DNA of 63,000 nucleotides, the filler included, from Candidatus Hydrogenedentota bacterium (lineage in GTDB: Bacteria; JBFMHD01), in assembly GCA_040752395.1 (NCBI GenBank). It is 14 parts of 14 records of this genome, joined end to end, with 100 filler letters (N's around TTAATTAATTAA, not from the genome) between each part and the next. Parts side by side here need not be neighbours in the genome. Positions count along the whole stretch, not along the records: positions 32,251 to 35,641 come from JBFMHD010000265.1; positions 35,742 to 39,109 come from JBFMHD010000266.1; positions 39,210 to 42,575 come from JBFMHD010000267.1; 11 more parts are not named here. The stretch is one strand, 5' to 3'. A program made the position numbers and the translations under genes. Under the pieces are notes generated by a model. The model worked only from the letters and a program-made list of their open reading frames with translations. It had not been told where the DNA came from and did not search any database. The number at the start of each line of letters is the position of its first letter. Within the stretch, counting starts at the first letter, position 1. Of this stretch, positions 32,511 to 42,675 are shown piece after piece.

Positions 32511-33777
32511 TATTATATATCCCAAAAACAAAACTTACAAGCATAAAAATTCTTATAGGCATATAATATCGTGGCACTGGATGGAATGGTAAATGAAAGA
32601 TTGCAAAATATAGATACAATATCAATATCATTACAGAAATTTTTTGTATGTTGTTTCCCAATTCTACACTTCTTAATCCAATAAATACGCCATAGACCGA
32701 AAATACTACTATTATTACCTGATAAAACCTTAATAAAAAATCAAAGATTTTATTAAATGGTAAAGTTTTTATATAAAGTTCGCTGCCTGGATAATCCATC
32801 CAGAACCAGAAATTAAGCTTAAAGAATCTATATAAAACTATAAATGGATGTTTTATTGTATAATCAATCGCATATTTTAGATATGCGTCTTCTTTCTCTT
32901 CAAATGTATTATATTTACTATTTATTTCACTCAATACAGGCGAGATATCTTTTTTATAAGAGATATCATATTCTGAAAACCTGCCATCACCATCCCATAA
33001 AACAGATTCAAGTATCAAACTTTTGTTAGAGGTTTTTCTTAAAATAAAGGCACCTGTGTCTGAATAAATAGCAAGAAGATATAATCCGAGAAATAAATAA
33101 GATAAAATAATATAAAAAACTTTTTTATCTTTATAGAAGATATAATAGAAAAAAACAAAAAAAAGGGGAAAAATTGCCATAACAGGTGCTGTGATTAGGC
33201 ACATACCGAGCAAAGAAATAGAAGCAAGAAGCAAAAGGCAAGAAGCAAGATAAGTTCTTTGTTCTGTTTTGGGGATTAAAAGAAAGAAATATACAAATAA
33301 GCCTAGATAAATCATAAGACCACTCTCTTTAAATAAATTCACAGCAAACATAATATTAAAAGGATCTATTGAACAGATTATACCAGCAGGTAAAATAAAT
33401 TTATGAGGTAAAAGAGAGATTAATAAAACCACCAAAAGGCTTTGTAAAATAGCTTGATAAATAAAAACCGCAATGGCTCTCCAATTATAAATAGCATAAT
33501 TACTCAGATTTTCGCCTTTCATATTATTCGTTATTTTAACTATATCAGCATTAATAAACATAGGGATTAAAAATATAGGGTAACCTGGCATCTGAGAATA
33601 GTAAGGTTCCTGAGAGATTAGGTCTTTTAGTCCTTTTAAGTTTGCTAATGACATAGCAGCAACCGTATAACTTGAACCATCTGTTATGACTCTAAGGTTT
33701 AAAGTAAATGGGATAAATATAACCCTTAATATTAAAGCTAAAACAAAGATTAATAATAATTTCTTTTTTTTATCCAT
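32470..33777 (-). CDS. ArnT/PMT-like multi-TM glycosyltransferase
   Basis: LALILR...DGSSY...A.SL...MPGYP.FL N-terminus; C-terminal PRYYMP. Confidence 0.65.
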   Translation of the reverse strand: MDKKKKLLLIFVLALILRVIFIPFTLNLRVITDGSSYTVAAMSLANLKGLKDLISQEPYYSQMPGYPIFLIPMFINADIVKITNNMKGENLSNYAIYNWRAIAVFIYQAILQSLLVVLLISLLPHKFILPAGIICSIDPFNIMFAVNLFKESGLMIYLGLFVYFFLLIPKTEQRTYLASCLLLLASISLLGMCLITAPVMAIFPLFFVFFYYIFYKDKKVFYIILSYLFLGLYLLAIYSDTGAFILRKTSNKSLILESVLWDGDGRFSEYDISYKKDISPVLSEINSKYNTFEEKEDAYLKYAIDYTIKHPFIVLYRFFKLNFWFWMDYPGSELYIKTLPFNKIFDFLLRFYQVIIVVFSVYGVFIGLRSVELGNNIQKISVMILILYLYFAIFHLPFHPVPRYYMPIRIFMLVSFVFGIYNIEARGTEAQRHKV

Positions 33778-33805
33778 TCACTTGCCCCAGTAATCCACCA
33801 GTTAT

Positions 33806-34138
33806 AGAAAGATAACGAAAGAAGCAAGAAGTAGTGAGGGTCTTTAGACCCGTAGTAGACTGAGGGGATATCAAGAAGCAAGAAGCAAGATAACGGAAGA
33901 AGTGAGAGGTGTCAGGACGGGCTACAGGCTACGGGCTACGGACTACAGCCAGCTGGAGCCAAAAGCCCAGAGCCTGAAGCCAACATATCATCCTTAGTTT
34001 TTCATATATTGTGTAGAGCGCAAACCGCGCTCATGAGTACTCCTCGGAAAAAGTTCGGAGTTCGGAGCTCGGAGCTCGTATCTATTATTACGAACTCCTA
34101 ACTCCTATCTTTCCCCTACTTTGTGCCTTTGTGCCTTT
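33806..34138 (-). repeat. Mosaic repeat copy
   Basis: GGCACAAA, GGAGTT/AACTCC, GAGCGC hairpin, GGCT/AGCC and CTTCTTG modules. Confidence 0.93.
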
Positions 34139-34145
34139 CTATCGT

Positions 34146-35057
34146 CTATTGTAATGCTTTTATATGGAAGAGAGCTGACTCACACAAGACTTCTATATCG
34201 TAACCGCCCTCAAGACAGGAGATAGCAGGGTGGGTTGGTGCTGCCCAGTCAATAATTGTTTCTGTCAAATTTTTATATGTAGAGCTTTCAAAAACAGTGG
34301 CACTTAATGGGTCCATTCTATGAGCATCAAACCCTGCTGAAAAAATTAATAACTCTGTTTTATAATCACTGATAAAGTCTTTGAATGGATTAAGTTTACT
34401 AAATGCTTCTTCTTCACCACTTAATGTTTCAAGCGGGATATTTATATTAAACCCTTCACCTTCACCTTCACCAATTCGATATGAGTGCCCTGTTCCTGGA
34501 TAATGAGGGTGCTGATGAATTGAGATATATAAAACAGCTGGAGTATCATAAAAAATTTTCTCTGTGCCGTTACCATGATGTACATCGAAATCAAAGATTA
34601 AAATTTTTTTAATATTATATTTTTCCATCGCAAGTTTAGCAGCATAAGCAACATTGTTAAAGATACAAAAGCCCATCCCTTTATCAGCTTCAGCATGATG
34701 ACCTGGTGGTCTCGTTAACGCAAAAGAAGATTCTTTATTATTAAGAGACAATTCTACGGATTTTGCCGCGCATCCGAGAGCATCTAATGCGGCCTCAAGA
34801 CTCCCATTGACAAAATATGTGTCAGGATCAAGATATTGTAAAGGCGATTCGTGAATTCGGTCTACAAGGTCAAATACTTTTTGGACATACGATGGTGTAT
34901 GAACTTTATTTAATATATCGTAATCCACTCCAGTCGGGGATGTAAATTCATATCCTGATTTTTCAAAATAATCTTTTAAAGCTTCAACCCGCTTGGGCGA
35001 TTCTGGATGTCCTGTTATATGATGTTTACGATGTTTATCAGAATATATTATCTTCAT
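34146..35057 (-). CDS. Histone deacetylase-family (AcuC/AphA) amidohydrolase
   Basis: GHPESPKR, RPPGHHA, GFCIFNN, DFDVHHGNGT, SAGFDAH and LEGGY. Confidence 0.93.
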   Translation of the reverse strand: MKIIYSDKHRKHHITGHPESPKRVEALKDYFEKSGYEFTSPTGVDYDILNKVHTPSYVQKVFDLVDRIHESPLQYLDPDTYFVNGSLEAALDALGCAAKSVELSLNNKESSFALTRPPGHHAEADKGMGFCIFNNVAYAAKLAMEKYNIKKILIFDFDVHHGNGTEKIFYDTPAVLYISIHQHPHYPGTGHSYRIGEGEGEGFNINIPLETLSGEEEAFSKLNPFKDFISDYKTELLIFSAGFDAHRMDPLSATVFESSTYKNLTETIIDWAAPTHPAISCLEGGYDIEVLCESALFHIKALQ

Positions 35058-35090
35058 ATTTTAAGGCACAAAGGCACAAGGTTTTTTTCG

Positions 35091-35393
35091 TTATCTTGTA
35101 ATGTCCAGCAAATTTCCTCTGTGCGGGTCCTTTGGTTTTGTCTCTTTTCCTTGTTCTTTTTCTTCTTTCCCCCAGAATTTTCCACCGCTTGCACCTGAAC
35201 CGCCACCATCTTCATTGAGTTTAGTTGATTGATCCATAGTATTCACCTGGTCAGCTTTTCTAAGTGATTCTTCTCTTAAAACTCTATCAGTATTTGTCTG
35301 TTGAGCTGCCATAGCGCCCTGTAAATCAGATGCAGTTTTACTTAATTCAAGCGCTGTATTTATGTTTACCTGAAGATGGATACCTTCAACCAT
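35091..35393 (-). CDS. Hypothetical protein with a C-terminal DPxxGxxxDI motif
   Basis: AGGAG SD before ATG 35393; ends KDPHRGNLLDITR. Confidence 0.6.
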   Translation of the reverse strand: MVEGIHLQVNINTALELSKTASDLQGAMAAQQTNTDRVLREESLRKADQVNTMDQSTKLNEDGGGSGASGGKFWGKEEKEQGKETKPKDPHRGNLLDITR

Positions 35394-35741
35394 TATAGAC
35401 TCCTGAACCAATCAACCTCTTGCTTCTTTCGTTATCTTGCTTCTATATATAATTATATCCCAAAAAATCAAAAAGTCAATTGTAAAACTATTATTAAATG
35501 TAATCCACCAATTTTAGGCACAAAGGTACAAAGGCACAAAGTAGTGATGGTCTTTAAACTGATGGGGATACTTATTAAATTATCGGTATTTATTGTTTAT
35601 TTTATAAATAATTAATGAATTCATCAAATAATCGAACATATNNNNNNNNNNNNNNNNNNNNNNNNNNNNNNNNNNNNNNNNNNNNTTAATTAATTAANNN
35701 NNNNNNNNNNNNNNNNNNNNNNNNNNNNNNNNNNNNNNNNN

Positions 35742-35946
35742 ATCAGAGCCCTCGGTTATAAATGGTCCTGTGGAATGTTTTATACGAAAAATTCAGAAAT
35801 TATTCAGAATACATATACTTTTAAAGATTGAGCCTCGACAATATGAAGATGTAATCAAACAGATAGAGGAAGCATTAACGAAGAAATCAAAAAGGCCAAC
35901 TGATATAAAAGTTGACATAGATATTGACCCTATTTCGTTTTTATAA
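35742..35946 (+). CDS. priA: Primosomal protein N', 3' fragment
   Basis: GPVECFIRKIQKLFRIHILLK...VDIDIDPISFL*. Confidence 0.75.
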
Positions 35947-35952
35947 TAAAGT

Positions 35953-35980
35953 TAAAGATACTATGAATAGATGTCGAAAA
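35953..35980 (+). promoter_or_regulatory. Possible sigma28-type promoter
   Basis: TAAA-N16-GTCGAAAA about 40 nt upstream of GGAGG-ATG. Confidence 0.35.
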
Positions 35981-36021
35981 TTATTATTAGATAGTTAACA
36001 TAATACCGGAGGAGACTATAT

Positions 36022-36861
36022 ATGTTTTGGTTAAGAATAATAGGAGTTATATTAATGTTGGCTTTTTTAGTAGGGTGTGGTGAATTCGGCACGCATTTAA
36101 AAACAGGATATGATTATCTTGACGCGGGTAAATATGAAGATGCAAATGCTGAGTTTCAAAAAGCCCTGGAGTTGAAACCCGATAACGAGAAGGCACTACG
36201 TGGTAAAACACTGACAACCTCTTTTTTAAATGAGAAGAAAAGAGCAGAGAAAGCAGAGCTTAAAGCAAGCGCCGCAGAGACCGAATTAAAACTTGTAAAA
36301 CAAACATCAAACGAAGAGATAGCTCAACTAAATCAAAAGATTAATAAAGTTAAAGAAGAAAAGGATAAAGCCGAACAGCAGTTTAACAAAGAAAAAGCAG
36401 AATTGAATGCTGATCTCTCGGAAAAGAGTAAAGAGATAGCTACATTAAAAGAGAGATTAAATTCCATCCAGAATGAAATCACAGAGCTTAAAAAACAGCT
36501 CGCAGATGCAAAAAGTGAGATCTCAAAAGCCAGCCAGGAGTTAGCAAGAGCTGTTGCAATCGAGGATGAATATAAAAAGAGAGAGGAAGAATACAAAAAG
36601 GAACTCGAAGAAGCTAAACAGATCCCTCTTGATGAAATAACAAAATTAAGAGCTGAAAACCAGGAACTGAAAAAGGAACTCGAGAAGATTGAGGTGAGAA
36701 TACTTGCACTGAAGAAGGGTAGGGTACTTGAGAGGGGTGCTGAATTAGGTCAGGTGCAGCCGTTAGCTGAGATCGATAGGATATTTGATAATGCGATGGC
36801 ACGTTTGAACCAGCTCGAAGTCGAAGCTATAGATGTAGAAATTAAAGCTAAAACAGAATAA
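36022..36861 (+). CDS. Lipoprotein with a TPR and a long coiled coil
   Basis: LVGC lipobox; GKYEDANAEFQKALELKPDN TPR; E/K/L heptads. Confidence 0.75.
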   Translation: MFWLRIIGVILMLAFLVGCGEFGTHLKTGYDYLDAGKYEDANAEFQKALELKPDNEKALRGKTLTTSFLNEKKRAEKAELKASAAETELKLVKQTSNEEIAQLNQKINKVKEEKDKAEQQFNKEKAELNADLSEKSKEIATLKERLNSIQNEITELKKQLADAKSEISKASQELARAVAIEDEYKKREEEYKKELEEAKQIPLDEITKLRAENQELKKELEKIEVRILALKKGRVLERGAELGQVQPLAEIDRIFDNAMARLNQLEVEAIDVEIKAKTE

Positions 36862-37030
36862 AGCTCGACCCTTTATCTAATCCTTGCAAATTTTCTAAAA
36901 TATGCTTAATAATATAGTTGTAATTGATAAAAAATTGAATATAGACGTGATCAACTTGCAAAAAATATAAAAACAGCCAAAAAAAAACTGCAATTCAGAC
37001 AGTAGACTGTAGACATCAGCAGTATATGAT

Positions 37031-38365
37031 TTACTTAATCAGGAATTGCCAATACCGGTTCTTAAAAAAGTCTAAGAGTTTTATCTCTGTTTTAATACGT
37101 AGTTCCTTAAATCTTTTGAAAAAATAGATTAAAACAAGTAATCGTGCTACACTGCTAATAAAAAATAATGGTCTGAGATTATATCCGCCAAATATTTTCT
37201 TTAAGAAAAATTCCGGGGTAGTCTCAATATAATCAGCGATAATCCCCCCAATCGATGCCCCGCCTAAATATGTTAAACCTATTAAAAACAGCAATAACGA
37301 AAACCCGAGGGTTCTTTCCTTTGGCGTAAGTGAATCGAAAATATAATTTGTTGAGCATAAACTAAAACCGGCCCAGCATATACCAGCAAAAATCTGGATA
37401 GAAATAATGAACCATAATGCGCCGCTTATTGTCCATAAAAAAGGAACAAAAATTATTCCGATACCTGAAGAAATAATGATAAAACGATTGCCGAGTTTGT
37501 CGCTTAACTTACCCCACGTGGCTACTGTTAAAAACTGAGAAACCATAACTGATATATTTGCCAGGGTAAATTCAATGTAATTATAGTGTAATTCCTTAAG
37601 CATATATACAGAAAAATATGGTCCTGCAATAAAAACTGCTAAATATGTCAGAGTAAAAAACAGGATAAAATTGAGATAATTCCTATTAGCCGGATTTTTT
37701 ATCAATTGATAAAAATTAATTTTTAGTTCGTCTTTGTTGTTATTTATTGGACCGGTGTCTATCATTTTATTCAAAAACCTTGAAGAAGTCATTCTTGCTA
37801 TAAAGCCTATAAAAAATAATAGAGCAAACCCGTATTTTTCATAATCTAATTTTTTTGATATAAATAATAGTACTCCTGCAAGCGTTGTTGCACAGAATGT
37901 ATAAATCCCGATCATCCTGTTCCTTTTACCCAAATATGTGCCTCGAATAGATTCAGGGATAATATCTCCCATCATAGCAAACCATGGCGGAGCGATAGAG
38001 GTACCGCATAAGAAATAGATAATAAATGAGAGGAGAAGAAAACCAAAAGAAATATTATCAGTGAAAACAGAGGCACCTGCAAGTGGTAGTAAAGCAATTG
38101 CCTGGCTTGTTACTCCAAAGACTATCCACTCTTTTCGCTTACTTGATTGACCAAGAAAAATTGAGGTTATAATCTGGATAGTATTACCTATGAATTGAGG
38201 CAGAGACATTAAAAATCCGATCTGTTGCGATGACATCTTGCAAAATACTGCGAAAGGAGGGAAGGAGTATTCACTGGCACCAAACATTATAGAATATGCT
38301 CTGCCATCATTATCAGAATTTTTTAAGTTCTGTTTAGTTAAGATATCAAAATCTTCCTGGTTCAT
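37031..38365 (-). CDS. MFS transporter
   Basis: About 12 TM helices; WGKLSDKLGNR and MGDIIP...RG motifs. Confidence 0.85.
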   Translation of the reverse strand: MNQEDFDILTKQNLKNSDNDGRAYSIMFGASEYSFPPFAVFCKMSSQQIGFLMSLPQFIGNTIQIITSIFLGQSSKRKEWIVFGVTSQAIALLPLAGASVFTDNISFGFLLLSFIIYFLCGTSIAPPWFAMMGDIIPESIRGTYLGKRNRMIGIYTFCATTLAGVLLFISKKLDYEKYGFALLFFIGFIARMTSSRFLNKMIDTGPINNNKDELKINFYQLIKNPANRNYLNFILFFTLTYLAVFIAGPYFSVYMLKELHYNYIEFTLANISVMVSQFLTVATWGKLSDKLGNRFIIISSGIGIIFVPFLWTISGALWFIISIQIFAGICWAGFSLCSTNYIFDSLTPKERTLGFSLLLFLIGLTYLGGASIGGIIADYIETTPEFFLKKIFGGYNLRPLFFISSVARLLVLIYFFKRFKELRIKTEIKLLDFFKNRYWQFLIK

Positions 38366-38490
38366 AAATTATCAAGAATATCAAATGTATTCCCTCAGAA
38401 CCTGTGAAATAATCTATCTACCACCAACAAAAAAACAAAAATGTTCGTCTGCTAATCCATACATAAAACATTCATTCTAACTTTATCATT

Positions 38491-38679
38491 TTAACCAGCT
38501 GATAATCGCAATTTCGGTATCCAAATCAGTCTTATCCATTGCTCTATATTATATGCTAATGCTGCTATTGTTATTTCATTCTTTACTTTTTCAAGACCAC
38601 GTAACATAAATTGCCTTAATTTGAATTTACATTTTATCCATAGGTTGGGAAACTCTGCTATCTCACCGCGATTTTTATA
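38491..38679 (-). pseudogene. IS1182-like transposase C-terminal fragment
   Basis: YKNRGEIAEFPNLWIK.KF.LRQF.LRGLEKV..E....ALAYNI.QWIRL; no start codon. Confidence 0.72.
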
Positions 38680-38857
38680 TATCTCTTTTCTTTTTCCTTT
38701 TCAGTCTTATTTCATATTTGTTCTCTATAACCCATTCGATATCTTCGCTTTTCTCTATCTCTAATGCTTCTGCTATGACCCTGGGGCACATTATATAATA
38801 TTGTTTATTCCCGTTCGCTCTACAAATAACCTGTATTTTATTTCTGTATCCCATCAT
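38675..38857 (-). CDS. Small AbrB/MazE-like DNA-binding protein inside the IS remnant
   Basis: QYYIMCPRVIAEALEIEKSEDIEWVIE; AAGGAGG SD. Confidence 0.55.
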   Translation of the reverse strand: MMGYRNKIQVICRANGNKQYYIMCPRVIAEALEIEKSEDIEWVIENKYEIRLKRKKKRDI

Positions 38858-38974
38858 AAATACCTCCTTTTTTCGATATACTATGTTATATCATAGTATT
38901 TAATTTTTGTCAAGTCTTTTTTGAGGATATTTTTTCACAGGTTCTCAGTTATAGGGGGAATGAAGAAGCATGAG

Positions 38975-39109
38975 ACAGATAACGGAAAAGAAAGATAACG
39001 AAAGAGGCACAAAGGCACAAAGATTGAAAGATTAAAAAATTGAAAGATACGGCAAGGAAGTGTATATTTTCGCTTTCTTTACTTTTAACTTTTGACTTTT
39101 TACTTTTAA
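38975..39109 (+). repeat. Short-period repeat cluster at contig end
   Basis: AGATAACG, GGCACAAA, GATTGAAA and CTTTTAA/CTTTTGA units. Confidence 0.8.
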
Positions 39110-39209
39110 NNNNNNNNNNNNNNNNNNNNNNNNNNNNNNNNNNNNNNNNNNNNTTAATTAATTAANNNNNNNNNNNNNNNNNNNNNNNNNNNNNNNNNNN
39201 NNNNNNNNN

Positions 39210-39417
39210 GATATGAAAAGAGTCACAAGTCGCAAGTCGTGAGTCAAAACAGGACTCGAGACTCAAGACTCAAGACTTTTCAGCAGGCTTTGGGCTTTTG
39301 GCTCCAGCCGGCTGTAGTCCGTAGCCTGTAGCCTGTCCTGATACCTCTCACTTCTTCCGTTATCTTGCTTCTTGCTTCTACTTGATATTATTATAGTTAC
39401 AATGTTTTTCAGAGGAG
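39210..39417 (+). repeat. Mosaic repeat copy upstream of leuD, at contig start
   Basis: GAGTC/GACTC, GGCT/AGCC and CTTCTTG modules; terminal TTTTTCAGAGGAG. Confidence 0.95.
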
Positions 39418-39423
39418 TGAATT

Positions 39424-39924
39424 ATGATATTACGCGGTCGTGTACATAAATTCAGGGATGATGTAAATACTGATGAGATTCTTCCGGCACGTTACTTAAA
39501 TACATTATCTGAAAAAGAGCTTGCTTTACATTGCATGGAGGATATAGACCAAGAATTCACCAAAAAGGTTAAACCCGGAGACATTATTTTAGCAGGTAAA
39601 AATTTTGGATGTGGCTCTTCGCGCGAGCATGCACCACTCGCAATCAAAGCCTCCAGAGTATCCTGTGTGATAGCCAAATCGTTTGCAAGAATATTTTATC
39701 GAAATAGTTTTAATATAGGGCTACCTATATTTGAGTCCGAAGAAGCAGCGGATGAAGTAAATAGCGATGATATTATTGAAGTAGATACAGAGAAAGGAAT
39801 TATATTAAACATAACTACGGGTAAAATATATAAAGTTCCTTCAATACCGAAATTTATGCAGGATTTGATAGAGTATGGTGGTTTGATAGAATACACTAAA
39901 AAAATGACTGCAATTTGGAGGTAA
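39424..39924 (+). CDS. leuD: 3-isopropylmalate dehydratase small subunit
   Basis: [25 protein letters not shown] and SFARIFYRN. Confidence 0.92.
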   Translation: MILRGRVHKFRDDVNTDEILPARYLNTLSEKELALHCMEDIDQEFTKKVKPGDIILAGKNFGCGSSREHAPLAIKASRVSCVIAKSFARIFYRNSFNIGLPIFESEEAADEVNSDDIIEVDTEKGIILNITTGKIYKVPSIPKFMQDLIEYGGLIEYTKKMTAIWR

Positions 39925-39927
39925 GCA

Positions 39928-40254
39928 ATGACCGAAGAATTAAACTTAAATGAAGAAAATTTTAAATCCGAGGTATTAGAGTCAGATATACCTGTACTTG
40001 TTGATTTCTGGGCGCCGTGGTGCAGTCCCTGCAGAATGTTAGCGCCACTTATTGAGAAAATTTCTGAAAAATATTTAGCAAAGATTAAAGTAAGAAAGAT
40101 TAATGTTGATGATAATTCTTCTCTTGCATCTCAATTTAGCATTCGTGGTATCCCTACGTTAGTTGTATTTAAATCCGGTAAAGAAGTAGACAGGATTGTT
40201 GGTCTTGTTTCTTTGAGAGAGCTCGAAGATAAATTAGATAGAGTATTAGTATAG
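39928..40254 (+). CDS. trxA: Thioredoxin
   Basis: VDFWAPWCSPC and IRGIPTL. Confidence 0.93.
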   Translation: MTEELNLNEENFKSEVLESDIPVLVDFWAPWCSPCRMLAPLIEKISEKYLAKIKVRKINVDDNSSLASQFSIRGIPTLVVFKSGKEVDRIVGLVSLRELEDKLDRVLV

Positions 40255-40260
40255 AAGGTT

Positions 40261-40333
40261 GGGGGTATAGCTCAGTTGGGAGAGCGCGTGAATGGCATTC
40301 ACGAGGCCAGGGGTTCGACCCCCCTTACCTCCA
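40261..40333 (+). tRNA. tRNA-Ala (GGC), CCA not encoded
   Basis: GGGGGTA/TACCTCC acceptor stem with G3:U70; CGTGA-ATGGCAT-TCACG anticodon arm; GTTCGA T-loop. Confidence 0.95.
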
Positions 40334-40464
40334 GAATATTTAGTCTGGGTCAAACGGGTGATTTTCGTCTATTAATTTTCAACATAATTATTGACATAAC
40401 ATATACATTATCTTCGCAAATAAAAAATTGACTAATATTGAAATAAATAGTATATTTTTTATGT

Positions 40465-40881
40465 ATGAAGATAGAGCCATCACTTAGAAAATTGGTTAAA
40501 GAAGATTTGAAAAAGATTTTTATACTCGAAGATGATGAGAATGTATGCGAGTTATTAAAAAATTTTCTTGAAGATGGTTATAACCTGGTATTTGAAAAAA
40601 ATGGGAGTAAAGCATTATCTGAAATACAGATAGAAAGACCTGATTTAATATTACTTGATATAAGGATACCAGAGCAAAGCGGCATAGAAGTTTTAAAGTT
40701 ATTAAAACTTTATTCTTCTACAAAAAATATCCCAGTGGTGATGTTAACAGCTTTAGCAGATAAACCAACTGTGATAGAATGTTTAAAATTAGGGGCTAAT
40801 GATTATATTGTAAAACCATTTGATATTAAAATATTAAAGGATAAAATTAGTTCTTTAATTACAACAGAGCAAAGGAGGTGA
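40465..40881 (+). CDS. Single-domain response regulator (receiver)
   Basis: ILEDD, PDLILLDI, VVMLTA and GANDYIVKPF. Confidence 0.9.
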   Translation: MKIEPSLRKLVKEDLKKIFILEDDENVCELLKNFLEDGYNLVFEKNGSKALSEIQIERPDLILLDIRIPEQSGIEVLKLLKLYSSTKNIPVVMLTALADKPTVIECLKLGANDYIVKPFDIKILKDKISSLITTEQRR

Positions 40882-40884
40882 TAG

Positions 40885-41239
40885 GTAGAAGCAAGAAACA
40901 AGATGCAAGAGGCAAGATATTGTTTCTTATCAGAGGAGTACTCAAGAGCGCGGTTTGCGCTCTACACTATTGGGTTATTGCGTTCTCGCACTCTACACAA
41001 CGTATGAAAAACCAGATGTTTGTTTATCTTGCTTGCCTCTTGCTTCTACTTGATATTATTATAGTTACAATGTTTTTCAGAGGAGTCAACATGAGCGCGT
41101 TTGCGCTCTACACAATATATGAAAAACTAAAGATGATATGTTGGCTTCAGGCTCCGGGCTTCGGGCTCCAGCCGGCTGTAGTCCGTAGCCTGTAGCCTGT
41201 AGCCCAAATTATTAGGGTTGCGAAGTTTTTCAGAGGAGG
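40885..41239 (+). repeat. Composite (nested and tandem) mosaic repeat copy
   Basis: GTAGAAGCAAGA...TCTTGCTTCTAC IR enclosing another module; three CAGAGGAG junctions. Confidence 0.95.
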
Positions 41240-41248
41240 TAATATATT

Positions 41249-41548
41249 ATGGAAAAAGGGATTAAAAGTATTATTATTGAGTCTTTGGTAAGAGCTTTGA
41301 CATGGGGTATAACACTTGCTGTAATATCTTTGATTACACTAAACATTATGCTTGGTATGATTAACCAGAGGGTAAAGAATGCAATAGATTTTTCTCAAAA
41401 GAACGCTATAAGAAATGTACAAACCGCTCTTCTTAATGCTGAAATTTTTCCAAAAATTAAACAGAATGTAAAAGAAGCTATTGAATATTCTGCTCAAACA
41501 ACCGATAGGGTAATAGTCAGCAAATATTTAACAGAGAAAAAGAAATAA
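41249..41548 (+). CDS. Hypothetical single-TM protein
   Basis: 99-aa ORF with repeat-derived GAGGAGG SD. Confidence 0.6.
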   Translation: MEKGIKSIIIESLVRALTWGITLAVISLITLNIMLGMINQRVKNAIDFSQKNAIRNVQTALLNAEIFPKIKQNVKEAIEYSAQTTDRVIVSKYLTEKKK

Positions 41549-41567
41549 AAAAAATTAAAAAAAGTTC

Positions 41568-41594
41568 TAAAGTATATAAAAAATCTGTCGATTG
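41568..41594 (+). promoter_or_regulatory. Sigma28 (FliA)-type promoter
   Basis: TAAA-N15-GTCGATTG upstream of an FlgM-like gene. Confidence 0.5.
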
Positions 41595-41645
41595 TAGAAG
41601 TAAGGTGAAATAAAGTCAGTCGGGAGGACATGGAGGTGACCCGAA

Positions 41646-41981
41646 ATGAATGCAGAGATATTAACTCCAAATTTTTCTCTAAGGAATATTGTACTACCAG
41701 AGATCGCAGATAATGTAGCGCCAGTTAAAGTTAACACCACGAGTCAGAATACTGTATCGGTTTCCATGGATGGAATGATAGATGCAGTTGATATAACAAA
41801 TCTTGCTCGTGAGATGGAGATTGCCCATCAAGGTGTTAAAGATAGCGACATTATAGACACAAAGTTTATTGATGTTCTCAGAGAAAAACTCGATAATCTG
41901 CCTACTGTTTCAGAGATAATGGCAGATGTGATAGCTGAAAAGATTATAAAAGGCTATACAGAATCTATTTTGGCCTTATAA
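41646..41981 (+). CDS. FlgM-like anti-sigma28 factor (tentative)
   Basis: DAVDITNLARE...IDVLREKL...IAEKII pattern, size, and sigma28-like promoter. Confidence 0.45.
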   Translation: MNAEILTPNFSLRNIVLPEIADNVAPVKVNTTSQNTVSVSMDGMIDAVDITNLAREMEIAHQGVKDSDIIDTKFIDVLREKLDNLPTVSEIMADVIAEKIIKGYTESILAL

Positions 41982-42024
41982 TATCATACTTATCTGTTAT
42001 AAGCCTTAAAAGACTATACGGCCG

Positions 42025-42072
42025 TGGGCAGGATGATTCTGATAAAAGAGTGTCCTGCCCATCTTTTATTTT
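42025..42072 (+). terminator. Possible intrinsic terminator
   Basis: TGGGCAGGA...TCCTGCCCA stem with a large loop, followed by a T-rich tract. Confidence 0.45.
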
Positions 42073-42164
42073 AAAATCCTTGATTTTTTTATCTTAAATA
42101 TTTATCTTTTGCAAAATCTCAGTCTTTGGTGGAGTTCTTTAAGCTGGGTGTTTAGTTTTCGGTT

Positions 42165-42575
42165 AAAAAACCGAAAAACCGGGAAAACCGGAAAACCAGG
42201 AAAACCGGGACGGTTCTGGTTTTTCTTGTTTCTGCATTTCGCATTCTTACTGATACTTCTCACTTCCCACTTCTTACTTCTTACTTTTTCGAAGGAGTAC
42301 TCATGAGCGCGGGTTGCGCTATACACTATTGGGTTCTTGGGTTCTTGCGTTTTTGCGCTTTACACAATATATGAAAAACTAAAGATGATATGAAAAGAGT
42401 CGTGAGTCAAAACAAGACTCAAGACTTTTTAGCAGGCTTTGGGCTTCGGGCTCCAGCCGGCTGTAGTCCGTAGCCTGTAGCCTGTAGCCCGTCCTGATAC
42501 CTCTCACTTCTTCCGTTATCTTGCTTCTTGCTTCTACTTGATATCATTAGAGTTACAATGTTTTTCAGAGGAGGA
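42165..42575 (+). repeat. Long mosaic repeat copy, at contig end
   Basis: AAAACCGG units, CTTCTTA 7-mers, GAAGGAG-tactcATG module, all core modules, ends CAGAGGAGGA. Confidence 0.95.
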
Positions 42576-42675
42576 NNNNNNNNNNNNNNNNNNNNNNNNN
42601 NNNNNNNNNNNNNNNNNNNTTAATTAATTAANNNNNNNNNNNNNNNNNNNNNNNNNNNNNNNNNNNNNNNNNNNN

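Larger units (their letters stand above)
38398..38944 (-). mobile_element. Internally deleted IS1182-like element
   Basis: 12-bp terminal IR GAACCTGTGAAA/TTTCACAGGTTC, TCA direct repeat on both sides, transposase C-terminus inside. Confidence 0.75.

Noticed and set aside
40878-41195. 105-aa ORF, and similar ORFs at 32330, 42102, 42109 and 15127
   Set aside because: Composed of repeat modules or antisense to real genes; no protein-family signal.
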